Origin: Octopus bimaculoides
Lineage: Eukaryota
Reading direction: 5' to 3'
NCBI RefSeq assembly: GCF_001194135.2
Contig: NC_068983.1
Coordinates: forward strand, 28,353,339 to 28,417,338
Length of the DNA stretch: 64,000 bases
Under the pieces are notes generated by a model, which worked only from the letters and a program-made list of their open reading frames with translations, did no database searches and was not told the origin of the DNA. Below, one piece after another: positions 52,202 through 63,960 of the stretch (positions are counted from its first letter, which is position 1; each line of letters begins with the position of its first letter). The translations under genes were made by a program, and so were the position numbers.

Positions 52202-52330
52202 ATTATTTACATTTGACGGATATTTGTCCTCATCTTTTTTGTTGTTAACACAACGTTTCAGCTGATATACCCTCCAGCCTTCATCAGGTGTCTTGGGGAA
52301 TGTAAATAATTCCTCATCTCTTAAATATAA
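52202..52330 (-). mobile_element. 129-bp hammerhead-bearing Penelope-like mini-insertion with 15-bp TSD
   Basis: Flanked by the direct repeat AACAATAATATCAGT (52187-52201 and 52331-52345). Contains the 12-bp inverted repeat ATTATTTACATT (52202-52213) / AATGTAAATAAT (52299-52310) and the hammerhead at 52247-52292. Confidence 0.7.
52247..52292 (-). ncRNA. Minimal type I hammerhead ribozyme motif
   Basis: Minus strand: GACAC-CTGATGA-A-GGCTG gagggtatat CAGCT-GAAA-CG-T-T|GTGTT. Stem I is 5 bp, stem II 5 bp (G.U next to the core), one extra A after A9, stem III palindrome ACGT. Confidence 0.75.
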
Positions 52331-52381
52331 AACAATAATATCAGTGATATCAGTGATGATAATAATAATAATAATAATAAT

Positions 52382-54170
52382 GAAAGGAAATGGGTGGAGC
52401 CTCCTCCTCCTCATGAGCTGCTTAATGATACATCTAGAGATGATGTCACAATAAAAACACTATTAATTACGCAGCCTGATAATCGCTACCTCATATGAGT
52501 GATAATGAAAAAAACAAAATATTGTGAATAACGGTGTTAATGAAACTGAAGTCGTTGATGGTGACAGTGTTACACCCGGTAGGCTCAGAGATTCTGGTCC
52601 GGCTCCAGCCTGTTGATATCCAGAAAGGGACCACCACTCATGGCGTAGATGAACCAAGCAAATTAATGCTGTGGTCATGGAGTGTTACTACCTGAGCTGC
52701 CCGGTAGATGAAAATGGTGCTCAAATTAGGGGTTACCAACAACGTATGTATGATCATTGGAGAGAAAAGGGATTGTTTTAACTCATGGAACAGAGACTAT
52801 GTAATCAAGCTAGAGCAATAAGGAAAAATTGTTGGTTCACAGTAGTAGGGCTTGAAGCTATCAAAAGACGGATAATGGAAAATAGCAGAGATAACAATGA
52901 AAATACAGTTCTTACTAATAAGAGTAATCCCATAGCACAGGAAAGGAGCAGTGGTAGTTTACTTGATGAGAGACATATAGATAATCTAAAAGAAGACAAT
53001 AAAACTAATGGTGACATGACTGATGAACAAAAAGCAATCTATGACAAAAAAAAGCAAGATTACAGGAGAACAATAGCAACATTATTTGCCACCTTAAAAA
53101 CGTTGATCGATGGAAATTGAACCAAGAAACGGAAAATATCAATGAAATTCTGAAATACATCAGAACAAACATCACAGAAACAAATAATATGATCAAGGCA
53201 GCAAGTATTGTTGTAGCAGAAAAGGTGGGTGTTGATATCAAGAAAAAAAAACATAATGGGAGTGACAAAAGAAAAGATCCATGGTGGAAAGAAGAATCCA
53301 GGCAGGGTTAGACATGCTCTCGAAGGAAATCTCTGTGCTAGACCAAAAAAAGAAAGAGGAGCTTAAAAGTGAACAAAAATACAGGGTGCTGAAAAGGAAG
53401 TATAATATTGAAAGAAAGGGCCTAAAAGTAGTAGTAGAGGAACTGAAACAGTGCCTCATTGCAAAGAAAGCAAAGATGGTAAGATACAATCAAAGAATGA
53501 ATGGTTACCACCAGAATAGGTTATTCAGATTAGATCAGAAGAGATTCTATAAAGAAATAAATGGAGAGTGTACAGATGAAAAGTTGATACCAGCTAACAT
53601 TGAAAGTCAAAGGTTTTGAAGTGACATCTGGAGCAAAGACAAGGAGCACAAGAAGGATGCTGAATGGCTTCAAGAACTGAAACAAANNNNNNNNNNGAGT
53701 AGGGAGGGGAGGGGAAGAAGAAGAAGAAGAAGAAGAATGATAAAGTCAGTTTATTGGTTGATATATATATCCCCTGAGCTCATAATATTGCAGCAAATTG
53801 AAAATGAAAAAAATTTGGCATCTCAAGGTGGTTACAATACCAGTGATTGTAGAAGCACTTGGAATGATCAAAAAAGCAACTGAAAATTATTTGAGAATGA
53901 TCTCTGGCTTACCATCCCTGCAAGACGTGCAAAAAATTGTTTCCACTGGTAATGTCACATGTATTGAGAAGAATACTATTGCTGTGAAAATGTCAACCAT
54001 CCATGTAAAGAGGTTTTTTTTTTCTACAAAACTTTGTTTGACTTTGTAAAGGAACAATCTGGTGTATTTATTTTAATGGTCTGTCAATGTATACAATGAG
54101 CTTCTTTGCCCTAGGTGTCAGGAAGACACTCAACAAGAAACAGAAACAAACTTGAAGAAAGAAGAAAAAC

Positions 54171-54214
<44 letters not shown>

Positions 54215-54215
54215 T
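52382..54215 (+). mobile_element. Dong/R4-clade retrotransposon: 5' part and 3' end separated by an assembly gap
   Basis: N-terminal motif VVMECYYLSCPVDENGAQIRGYQQRMYDHWREKGLF*LMEQRLCNQARAIRKN, then NRLFRLDQKRFYKEIN, a 10-N gap near 53690, and C-terminal KIWHLKVVTIPVIVEALGMIKK. Flanked by (TAA)n at 52360-52381 and 54174-54215. The two halves could be separate copies. Confidence 0.85.
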
Positions 54216-54256
54216 ATAAAAATAAATTATATAAAATTATATATAATTCAACTTAC

Positions 54257-54373
54257 TTGATATAATAGGGCTTGTCATTTTTGTCAAGAGCTTCCTCCCA
54301 ACCATATGGCAGGCCATTCTTTGGATACCAATTGTCTCGTGGTGGTATCCAAGATGTAACTTGACTGAGATGG
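54257..54373 (-). CDS. FRMPD4: Internal coding exon (117 nt, phase 2-2) with WW domain; FERM and PDZ domain-containing protein 4-like (Preso family)
   Basis: Minus strand reads tttatttctttttatttatatttctag|C CAT CTC ... TAT TAT ATC AA|gtaagt: strong polypyrimidine acceptor and consensus donor. Translation (x)HLSQVTSWIPPRDNWYPKNGLPYGWEEALDKNDKPYYI(N) contains the WW signature LPYGWE..D.N..PYYIN preceded by TSWIPP. It aligns gap-free to the recalled human FRMPD4 segment [39 protein letters not shown]. The family assignment is from memory and needs a BLASTX check. Confidence 0.85.
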
Positions 54374-54429
54374 CTAGAAATATAAATAAAAAGAAATAAA
54401 TTAGACTGAGAAAAATATTGTTGGAAAAG

Positions 54430-54498
54430 GCAATAAGCATAGTGGTTAAGAGCGCAGGCCACTAACCCCAAGATTCCGAGTTCAATTTCAAGCAGTGA

Positions 54499-54540
<42 letters not shown>
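54430..54540 (+). mobile_element. Short tRNA-like SINE with (TAA)n tail
   Basis: TAGTGGTTAAGAGCGCAGG...GAGTTCAATTTC followed directly by (TAA)n; no complete cloverleaf. Confidence 0.7.
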
Positions 54541-54604
54541 CAACATCGAAAAATACCTTATGAATGAGAACCCAATGAGGGAACAATTACATGATCAGTT
54601 GATC

Positions 54605-54930
54605 TGATAGTTAGGCACACAGCTCAGTGGTTAGAACATCAAGCTCACAATCATGAGGTAATAAGTTCAATTCCTGGATCAGGCTGTGTCTTGTGTTCTT
54701 GAGAAAGACACATATTTCCCGTTGCTCCAGTTCACTCAGCTGTAGAAATGAGTTGCAACATCATTAGTGCCAAGCTGTAATGGCCTTTGCCTTTTCCTTG
54801 GATAACCTCGGTGGTGTGGAGAGTGGAGACTGGTATGCAGGGGCAACAGCTGATCTTCCATAAACAACCTTGCCTGGACTTGTGCCTTGGAGGGGAACTT
54901 CTTAGGTGCAATCCCATGATCATACATATC
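54605..54930 (+). mobile_element. tRNA-derived SINE, family D
   Basis: GCTCAGTGGTTAGA...AGTTCAATTCC head, then GTTGCTCCAGTTCACTCAGCTG. Reverse copies at about 405-670, 23010-23180, 31490-31715 and 35150-35385. Confidence 0.8.
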
Positions 54931-55574
54931 TGAAGGGAATCTTCTACCTTTTACCTGATCTAATAAAGATAGCAGCCAAATTTCCCTCAAATTGCAGGCC
55001 CCATCATCTTAAATAAGAGGTGGATACGTTAAATAGTGTAGTCTGAAATATAATTTTCAAATACATGGCTGGCATGTATTTGATTATAACTACAAAATGC
55101 TCTCAAGACGACATGGGAACTTCTACATAGTTTGCTCGACCTGCTAGAAATAGCAACCAAATGTCCTTCAAATCATCACACTTTACATTCTAATAAAGAA
55201 AAGAAATAATAAATTGGTTAACTCTTTAGCATTTAATCCGGCCACATTCGGCCAAAATATTCTACCTGTTTTATGTTCAAACTAGCCAGATGTGACCTCT
55301 CACACCTACCCCGCAATATCATTCTAACAATAAACAATCACATCATTGAAATCTCAAAGCTATAAGATAATGTATGATTAATTCAAAACAATGTGAATAA
55401 AAAAAGCATTACTTTTGATAGAATAAAGCAAATGCTAAAGGGTTAATGTAGTCAGTGATACATCATTTAAAAATATGACAGGATAGTCATGTCTAGAATG
55501 TCCTTAACCATATGTCTGCTTCAGTCTGATCAATAAAGACTAGCAGATGGATAAACAACTATAGCAGCATGGTT

Positions 55575-56130
55575 TATTCAATTTTTGCTTACTGACCACA
55601 TGGTTCTGCATTCATTCCCACTGCATGACACCTTGGGCAAGTGTCTTCTACTATAGCCTTGGGCTGACCAAAGCCTTGTGAGTGGATTTGGTAGATGGAA
55701 ACTGAAGGAAGTCCGTCGTATATATGTATTTATATATATGTATGTGTGTGTATATGTTTGTGTATCTGTGTTTGTCCCCCCACCATCGCTTGACAACCAA
55801 TGGTGGTGTGTTTACGTACCCGTAACTTAGCGGTTCGGCAAAAAAAACTGATAGAATAAGTACTAGGNNNNNNNNNNAGTCCGTCGTATATATGTATTTA
55901 TATATATGTATGTGTGTGTATATGTTTGTGTATCTGTGTTTGTCCCCCCACCATCGCTTGACAACCAATGGTGGTGTGTTTACGTACCCGTAACTTAGCG
56001 GTTCGGCAAAAAAAACTGATAGAATAAGTACTAGGCTTACAAAGAATAAGTCCTGGGGTCGATTTGATCGACTAAAGGCGGTGCTCCAGCATGGCCACAG
56101 TCAAATGACTGAAACAAGTAAAAGAGTAAC
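55575..56130 (+). mobile_element. SINE family A copy with artefactual internal duplication
   Basis: Family A sequence; 158 bp is repeated on both sides of a 10-N gap. Confidence 0.85.
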
Positions 56131-56290
56131 TGATGTAGAGGGAATAATAATGTCATAATTAAGTTGCTGTAGGAAGCATTAAATAGCTAATTAGAAGCAA
56201 ATAGGCAGTGAGTAACTTACACTATGGACAAGCCATTCTACTCATTCAAAAGTACACAAAACTATTAAATTCACTGTTGATTTAATTCTA

Positions 56291-56409
56291 TTTCATGATG
56301 TGCCAAAATTTTCATAGCAGAACTATGACCTGGGCAGGCGAAAGACTTGCAGAACTGAGTCAATGATCAAGTCATAGTTGAGGGGCAAAAATTTTGATAT
56401 CACATGAAA
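56291..56409. repeat. Imperfect inverted repeat (decayed MITE-like hairpin)
   Basis: TTTCATG..CCAAAATTTT..AACTATGACC versus AGTCATAGTT..AAAATTTTGA..CATGAAA. Confidence 0.6.
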
Positions 56410-59202
56410 CAAAATAAAAATTAAATGTTAGGTTAAGACCTTTGTGTGCTATTAAATGATTAGAATGACTTTGTATTATGCAGTTACTTCAGTTTCAAAA
56501 CACCATTTTAGATCAAGTCGCTAGCTATATAAATACAACTCTGAAATAAGTAGTGAAGTAAAGAAAATTATATTAATAAATGGTTAATATGATTTTTTAC
56601 TCAACAAGGGTAGCGAGCTGGCAGATTCATTTGCACATTGGGCAAAATACTCAGAGGCATTTTATCTATCTTTAAATTTTTAGTTCAAATTCTTCCAGGG
56701 TCAACTTTGGTCTTCATCCTTTTGGGGTCGGTAATATAAATACCAGTTGAGTACTGGGGTTGATGTAATTGACTTACCCCTCTCCCAGACTAAATGGCCT
56801 TCTGCCTAAATTTGAAATCATTATTTTTTACTCCATGAAATTAAATGCAAGCCACTGAAAGAGGTTCCTCCAGAGAATCCCAAAACTTCAGTTCTAATTT
56901 CTTCTCTTACATATGAACTTATCCTTCTTTATACATTAGGTTTGTATTGAATTGATAAAATAGGTTGTACTCTTTATTTTATTTACCAGTACCTACACTT
57001 ATCTAGATTCTGACTTGAGTCAAGAAAAGAATAATTGTACCATCTCTTCACTTCTATAAAGAGTAAATACAATTCCTTTTAATCTAAAATTCTATTTCGC
57101 TAATCAAAAAATATATATTCAGTAGTTGGAAGAAATTATATAGTGTGAAACAAAATGCAATTAATATTTCTTTTTTAATCCTTTGCTATTGAATTCACTT
57201 ATTGAGTCTGATTACTGAATCTTTTGAAATTAATTTATGTTCCTGTGAATAAATACTTTCAGTGAAATTAATATTTTTTTAATTATAATTTTTGATATAT
57301 TTTACAGTATCCAAGTGAATATAACTAATTTAGCTTTGAATAATTTAGCTTTTTAAATTTAGAGTCTTAGTTACATTTGGAGAATAGCTCCAAACCTATT
57401 TTAGACAGTTTCTACTTTGTTTTGTAAAGCATATTGATAAAGAATACTAAAATGAGAATTCTCTATAGTTTGTGGCATTTGCATAATATAAAAACGAAGA
57501 CAAATGAGAACAGATGAATGGGAAAAATATCTAGTATTTTATAAAAGACATTGAAACATGCAATTTAACGAATGTAATGTCTTTGAAGTAATTCCTTGAG
57601 AGCATCTAAACAATTTGAAGATAAAAAATTGTAATAGAAAGTATAGGGTTAAAACGACCCTGTAGTGTTGCCCTACTGAGAACATGATGATATCTGTAAT
57701 GTTGGTGACATGATAAAATATGCCCGCTACCCTCTGTAAAGTGGTCAGTGATAAATAGATAAATGGAAGCTAAGGACCCCTATCTTTCCGGCTGAGAAAT
57801 ACTTTTGGCTCAGTCTTGATAAATATCAGGTCCAACAAATTTTATTGGTTAATATAAAGTTACAGATAGATAAAAAATAAGAACAAGTCAAGAACTGCGG
57901 TTGATTAAATAGACTTTACCCTTCTCCTAATATATTCTTATAAAGCATCATAGAAGGAAATGGATTCAAAATAGAAGACAGTATCCTACCACTAAACTTA
58001 AGGCCCAGTGCTTATATTAAATAAAATCAATACACATTTGGACATTTTCCATCTGTTGGACATTTTCCATGTTAGAGTTTAACTATTCCACTGCAGTTGA
58101 TACAGCACAGTAAGTATATTACACAAAACGCACCACTAGATGAAATTTATTGTTTTTTTAACATGAGCTCAAATTTATTCGTCAGCATCACCTCAGATAT
58201 TCAGATATACATCATTTGCTTTAATAGGATATTTTCCTGTGTTAGTCAGCTCTTGTATGTTATAAGTTCACTGAAATGAACATCCAAAGGCTAAAATTTG
58301 ATGCTTTCAGGTTTTATGAAGAAAATTATCATGTGAAAAAAATAAATATCTGACCTCAGACTAAATTAATGCCAAGACCACACAAACAAGCACGCTTTTA
58401 TGCAATCATATATCTGACCTTTGAGTAACACTGATGCTAAGACAAGTATGCCTTTATGCAATCACTTGACCTGCTTGATATAGCAACCAAATCTTCATCA
58501 AATCGCCCCATCCCCATCACACTATCTTAAGAGTAGAACACATCGTTCTTGATAACAAAAAAAGAGAGAATGATCACAACAAAACTGCCTTTGGTCATAG
58601 GTTTATTCAATCAGGGCAGACATGGAGCAAAAACAACAGCTAATTCTGAGAGCAACAATGTATTTCATCCAAAGCAGTTCTCCATATGCCTAGAATACAA
58701 ATATAGTATCATTGATTAAGTTATATGAATACCTTAATTATTATCTATTTAACCAAGTAGAGCTAACGATAACATGACATTTATGTATTCATGTTATCAA
58801 ATGAGAGATACAATCTTAATTTCAATTTGAGTAATTTCTAATTTAAATTTGAGTGGAGTTGCTATAGTTATTAAATGCTAATTATTTCACATTACTACAT
58901 CTAATATATATCTTTGAGTAAAATTTACCAAATGAGATATTTAGTCTTTTACTTATCAACTTAATAATATGCAATCATTCAAGGGCAATGTGGAGAGAAA
59001 GAATTGGTTGACTGTTGATTTGAATGTCTTGTAGTATTTAATCTCCAAAATAACTGTTTTATCTTTCATTATTCCAAAGTTGTTAAGATATGTACCAGTC
59101 ACATATCCTAGAAGTAACTGTTGATTTAATTGGCTCCTCCCAACTTACAAATTTATTGTAGCTTTTATTTATGCTAGAAATAAATATTCTGTAAACATAT
59201 TA

Positions 59203-59386
59203 TAGGTGCAAGCATGGCTGTGTGGTAAGAAGCTTGCTTCCCAACCACATCGTTCTGGTTTCAGTCCCACTGCATGGTACCTTGGGTAAGTGTCTTCTAC
59301 TATAGCCTCAGCAGGCCAACCAAAGCCTTGTGAGTGGATTTGGTAGATGGAAACTGAGAGAAACCTATCGTGTGTGTGTGTGTGTG

Positions 59387-59447
<61 letters not shown>

Positions 59448-59660
59448 ACACGCATGCATCAGTGTTTGCCTCCCACCACTGTTTGATAACTGGTGTTATT
59501 GTGTTTATGTCACTATAACCTAGTGGTTTGACAAAAGAGATCAAGAGAATAAATACCAGGCCTAAAAAATAAAAGTACTGGAGTCAGTTCATTTGACTAA
59601 AATTCTTCAAGGCGGTACCCCAGCATGGCCACAGTCTAATCACTAAAATAAGTAAAATAA
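59203..59660 (+). mobile_element. SINE family A copy
   Basis: Head, (TG)n tract at 59370-59447, body and tail. Confidence 0.85.
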
Positions 59661-59769
59661 TAAGAATACTAGTAAATGAAATACTTGGTTTCAGATTCTT
59701 TCTGTAACTTACAGTAAGAATTTACAAAGATTCCAAACATCCATTTAGTACCATGTAATTAACGATTTA

Positions 59770-60125
59770 GTTTCACCATCTGTACATTTGTGTCTTTATT
59801 CAATAACACAATGAAGAACAAACAAAGGAACTCTCAGATAGTGTTTTATGATCCCCTTTGTTATTATCTGAGATGAACTTTCAGAAAATGTTCTACAAGA
59901 AGCTGTCATTTTGTTTCCACTTTTAAGAAAATTTATGAGTCAAATGTTCAAAATTTCTGATATACTAACAGCTTCCAAAAAATGTAAAATTTCATGGAAA
60001 GCATTGTCAAAGGCATTTCGTAAAATATAGGTATCTGTGGCAAACCCTTTTTTATAATAGAGGAGATGGCAAAGGTCCAAAATATCTGATACCTTGCTGC
60101 ACTCAAGAAAACCCATCCTCCATGG
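59770..60125 (-). mobile_element. CR1-group LINE reverse transcriptase relic
   Basis: Minus strand MGFLECSKVSDILDLCH...KKGFATDTYILRNAFDNAFHEIL..LEAV..LNI*LINFLKSG resembles QHGF..GRSCLTNLL...DKG..VD.IYLDF.KAFD.V.H..L..WI.NFL. Confidence 0.6.
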
Positions 60126-60624
60126 CAGAAATGTGAATGCCACTAGCCCTGCTAAGCCCTATACTGTTAATGCCACTCCCCCTGCAAGAGCCCTATACTG
60201 GTGCCTGTAAAAAAAGCACCTGTGCTAGCACCATGTAAAAAGCTCCTTTGTTGGTATCACGTAATAACACCTGTGCTGGTGCCACATTAAAGCACCAATG
60301 CAGGTATCACCTAAAAAATGCACCCAGCACACTCTGTAAAGTGGTTGGCATTAAGAACCAAGCCAAATCAGACTGGAACCTGGTGCAACTCTCCAGCTCT
60401 GGTCAAACTGTCCAATGCATGCCAGCATGGAAAATGGACATTAAATGATGATAATGATCATGGTCATGATGTTTAGTGCTTACTAAATAATATAAGTTGT
60501 TTTTTTAATTTTTTTAATTTTAGTAAATGAAATTAAGTACCAGTAAAGTATTGGGGACCAACTTAATTGACTACATCCTTCTCTTTAGATAGCTTCTTCT
60601 ATATACTACATATAGTATCAAACA

Positions 60625-60870
60625 CTCACTGGAGAAATTTGCTTTGCTGAACATTGTTGGAATAGTAAGGAGGAGCTGGTTAGTGATACCCAAACATAGA
60701 CACCTTGACAGAGCCTAAACCATATTGATCACTTTGCAAGGACATATATCAGTTAGTTGAGAAATGACATTGGACGTCATCAATAAAGTACTGTTATGTA
60801 TATCAAGGAAGACAGAAATAGGTGGTGGATCAGGGCCGTGTGAATGTCAGCAAGCTAGCACTGCCCACCA
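60625..60870 (+). mobile_element. RTE-clade LINE 3' relic
   Basis: FAEHCWNSKEELVSD matches RFAGHCWRSKEEL.SD; followed by a GAT/GAC trinucleotide tail. Confidence 0.65.
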
Positions 60871-63569
60871 ATGACATTTATGATTACGACGATGACGATG
60901 ATGATGACGATGACGAGGAAGGTACCTCCACTTAAATTTATGGTTATGTACCACTTTTGCTGAAGTAGTTCTTTTTTTTTTTTTTGTGTGTGGTTTCATT
61001 CATCCTGTATGTAAACTGTACTGTATATTGCCATAGATTTTCCTACCACTAGATTTTGTATCATCTTCTTCAATGTATTCCTGTAATAGACATATATATG
61101 TTTATTCTACAACTAATATACTTGATTGTTGTAATGATTGATTATTTTGACATATTCCAGTGTCTTAGAGTATCTAACATTCGGATAGTTATGAGTTGTT
61201 TTAGAACATTAATAAAGCTGAACTTTTATGACTACAGAAAGGGAGCTGCTGAGAGATGGAAGTCATGGGGTTCTGAAGTAGACTTTGCCTCAAGATTATT
61301 TATTGAATCAGCTGCCTCACATTCTATATATAACAGAAACAACATTGAAAATTATACATGACATAAACTTTGAAAGCTGTACATATATCCCCTAAACAAA
61401 ATATAAGATGTTTTTCTGAATCCAATAGAGTTTAAAAGATATATCACTATCTAAAAATACATAGTAGTTCAGAAATGGTTACATGGTTGAGAAGTTTGCT
61501 TTAGAATCGTGTGATTTAGGATTTGAGTGTTCCCATTCATAGCACTAATATATATTAGCGACAGAGGCTGTATTATTACCTAGAGGTAGTATTTACTTTC
61601 ACTATAGGTAGAGGGGCACCAAAAGGGGTTTCAGGGAGTAGCATCTTTGCCTTCCTGAGTTAGCTTTTCACCACATTTCTTAAAAATCGTGGTAGAGGCC
61701 TTGGCCTCAAGACCACTCATGTCTAGAAATTGAGATTGAGGGTAAGCAAGGGCATGCTCCTCATAGACGGGGTAGCCTACACCTGCCTACCTTGGTTGTT
61801 ATAGCATTGAGGTAGATCTCGCCACCCCCGTTAACAGGGACAAAACCCAGATTTAAAACACTGGAAGCACACACACACACACATTTAAATGTGAATGTTC
61901 TATTGGAACAACAGTAGATAACATGAGACAAACTCTCATATAGGCTTTTATTGAAGAATGCATGCTTGTTTGTTTATTCTGCACTAAAAGCCCATATGAC
62001 TGGTTCCCTCATGGGATCTACTGCAGTAAAGTTTGTGCTAACAGAACATTCATGTTTAAGTGGGAATAAATAATACTGCCCAGTATTAATATTGCCTCAG
62101 TTGCCAATATATATATTTTTAATTAGCTAACTAGTTAATCACAACCCCAGTGTCTGTTCAGGCATGGATTTTCTATATATCACTAGCAGAGAGATGGGTC
62201 GCTGCTATCTCTAGCAGTTGAGCATCCATCACCAATGAAATCAAGGAAGATCAAAATCACATGATCTGATGGTCTTGGTGCTGGAGTTGATGCGGATTTA
62301 TCTTCCCACTGGTGATATAAACAAACAAGTGAGCTTTCTGCACCTAAAGCCTATATGAGAGTGTCTCTCATGGTATCTACTGCAGTATAGTTTGTTCTAA
62401 CAGAACATCCACAGTTAAGTGGGAACAAATACATAGAGCTGTCAACTGAGGTTTCTACGGTGGCTGCAATCTAATCAATACCTTGTGAATAAACTGGTAG
62501 ATGAAAATTATGAGAACCCCACTGTATATGCACGTGTTTCTGCATGTGTGTGTATGCATGTGTGAATGAAAGAGAGCAAGAAAAGGGAGAGAGTGTGTGA
62601 TTGTCTTCCCCTTACTTTGACATTTGTATGTTGATCAAAAATAGTTGTTCATACAAATAGCATTGTTATTTGCAATTTTATCAGTGAAAACATGTCTGGC
62701 CATTGAGTTGTTCGTTGCTTAAAGAATTGTGAAAAAACAGTTGCTGGTTTGTAATGATGGGAGGACTATCTAGTTGCAATATATCTTAACAAGCTTTATC
62801 TGACTCTTGCAAACATTGACAAAGTGGGTGTTAAACAACAATGATGGTTGATAATGCTAGAAGTGATATTAGAGGTAATGGTGGCGTGACGATGATGATA
62901 TACAACAACGATGATGATGATGATAATGACAACTGATGATACTGACAATGATTTGGTCTAAATAGCTTTCTTCTGCCCAATCAATTCTCAATCAGGAGAT
63001 AGGAAAAATGAAATGCTAAGATTTGGAAATCAGATCTTTTTCTGTATCATTCATCTCAACTTGTGAGATATATAAACACTACAAAGAATTAATAAAGAAA
63101 TCTATCAATTTCAGTGTCTTAAATCCTATGTGGCAGTAAAGGAACTGTAAAGAGATCGTTTTGAAATCGACCGACAGAAAACTTCAAACCAGAATTTATA
63201 GAATGGATGTGCTGCCTGGAGCATGGACATCTGAAACTGTCACCAATTACTGACATTAACCAGTTTATAAATAGTGGAAGAAAGGAACAATTAGGATTAG
63301 GTCTGTTGTGGTGAGGATGGTGAGAAGAAGCAATATAAATAAACTCACTCAAAATAAAGAGCAAGAGTTAGAAACATTATGTTCTTCCCTCCTCGTGGCA
63401 TATTTACTTATAGAACTCTTCTACAAGCACTTCTATGGACAAATTGCTGCTGACTCAGGCCATCATTATTTCACCTAAATTCTGGACTTCACGCAATTAA
63501 TAATGAACATAGTCTTCATATCAGAATAAAGAAGTGGGGGAGGTGAGGAGCAGGACTAATGTCCAAGGA

Positions 63570-63960
63570 AAATAATAATGGTTTGTTTTGAACGTTAGAA
63601 TAGCTTTCAGTACAAGGAAGGATTTTTCTTTTTTTTTTTTTGTGTGTAAGAATTCTTGGTTCAATTCCAGTAAAGTTATTCCTAAAAGGGTTCCCAATCA
63701 GCAACAGCTAATAACAGTAGAAGGAGGAAAGGAGTAAGAGCGATAGAAACAGCAAGACAACAACAAACCAACAGTCACCTACTTTGTTTTGTGACTTCTA
63801 TCATCTATTCATTGAATTGTCAGTGTGACATCACATATATCGGTTCTGCTAAGAAAAATCCTCTCCAGGTATTAAAACATGACTTCAAACAGAGCTTCCA
63901 TGCCAACCAAGTGCATTCTTTTTCAAAGGAAATTTACTGAAAGTAAGCATCTGATACTAC
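63570..63960 (+). mobile_element. Penelope-like element GIY-YIG endonuclease relic
   Basis: IYSLNCQCDITYIGSAKKNPLQVLKH near 63800-63880 matches the PLE pattern VY.F.C.C...YIG.T.R.L..R.KEH; upstream NVRIAFSTRK resembles the linker before it. Confidence 0.6.

Noticed and set aside
54430-54505. Possible tRNA gene
   Set aside because: A and B boxes only, no acceptor stem, (TAA)n tail; a SINE.
55710-56035. 158-bp exact direct repeat
   Set aside because: Identical copies flank a 10-N gap inside a SINE; assembly artefact.
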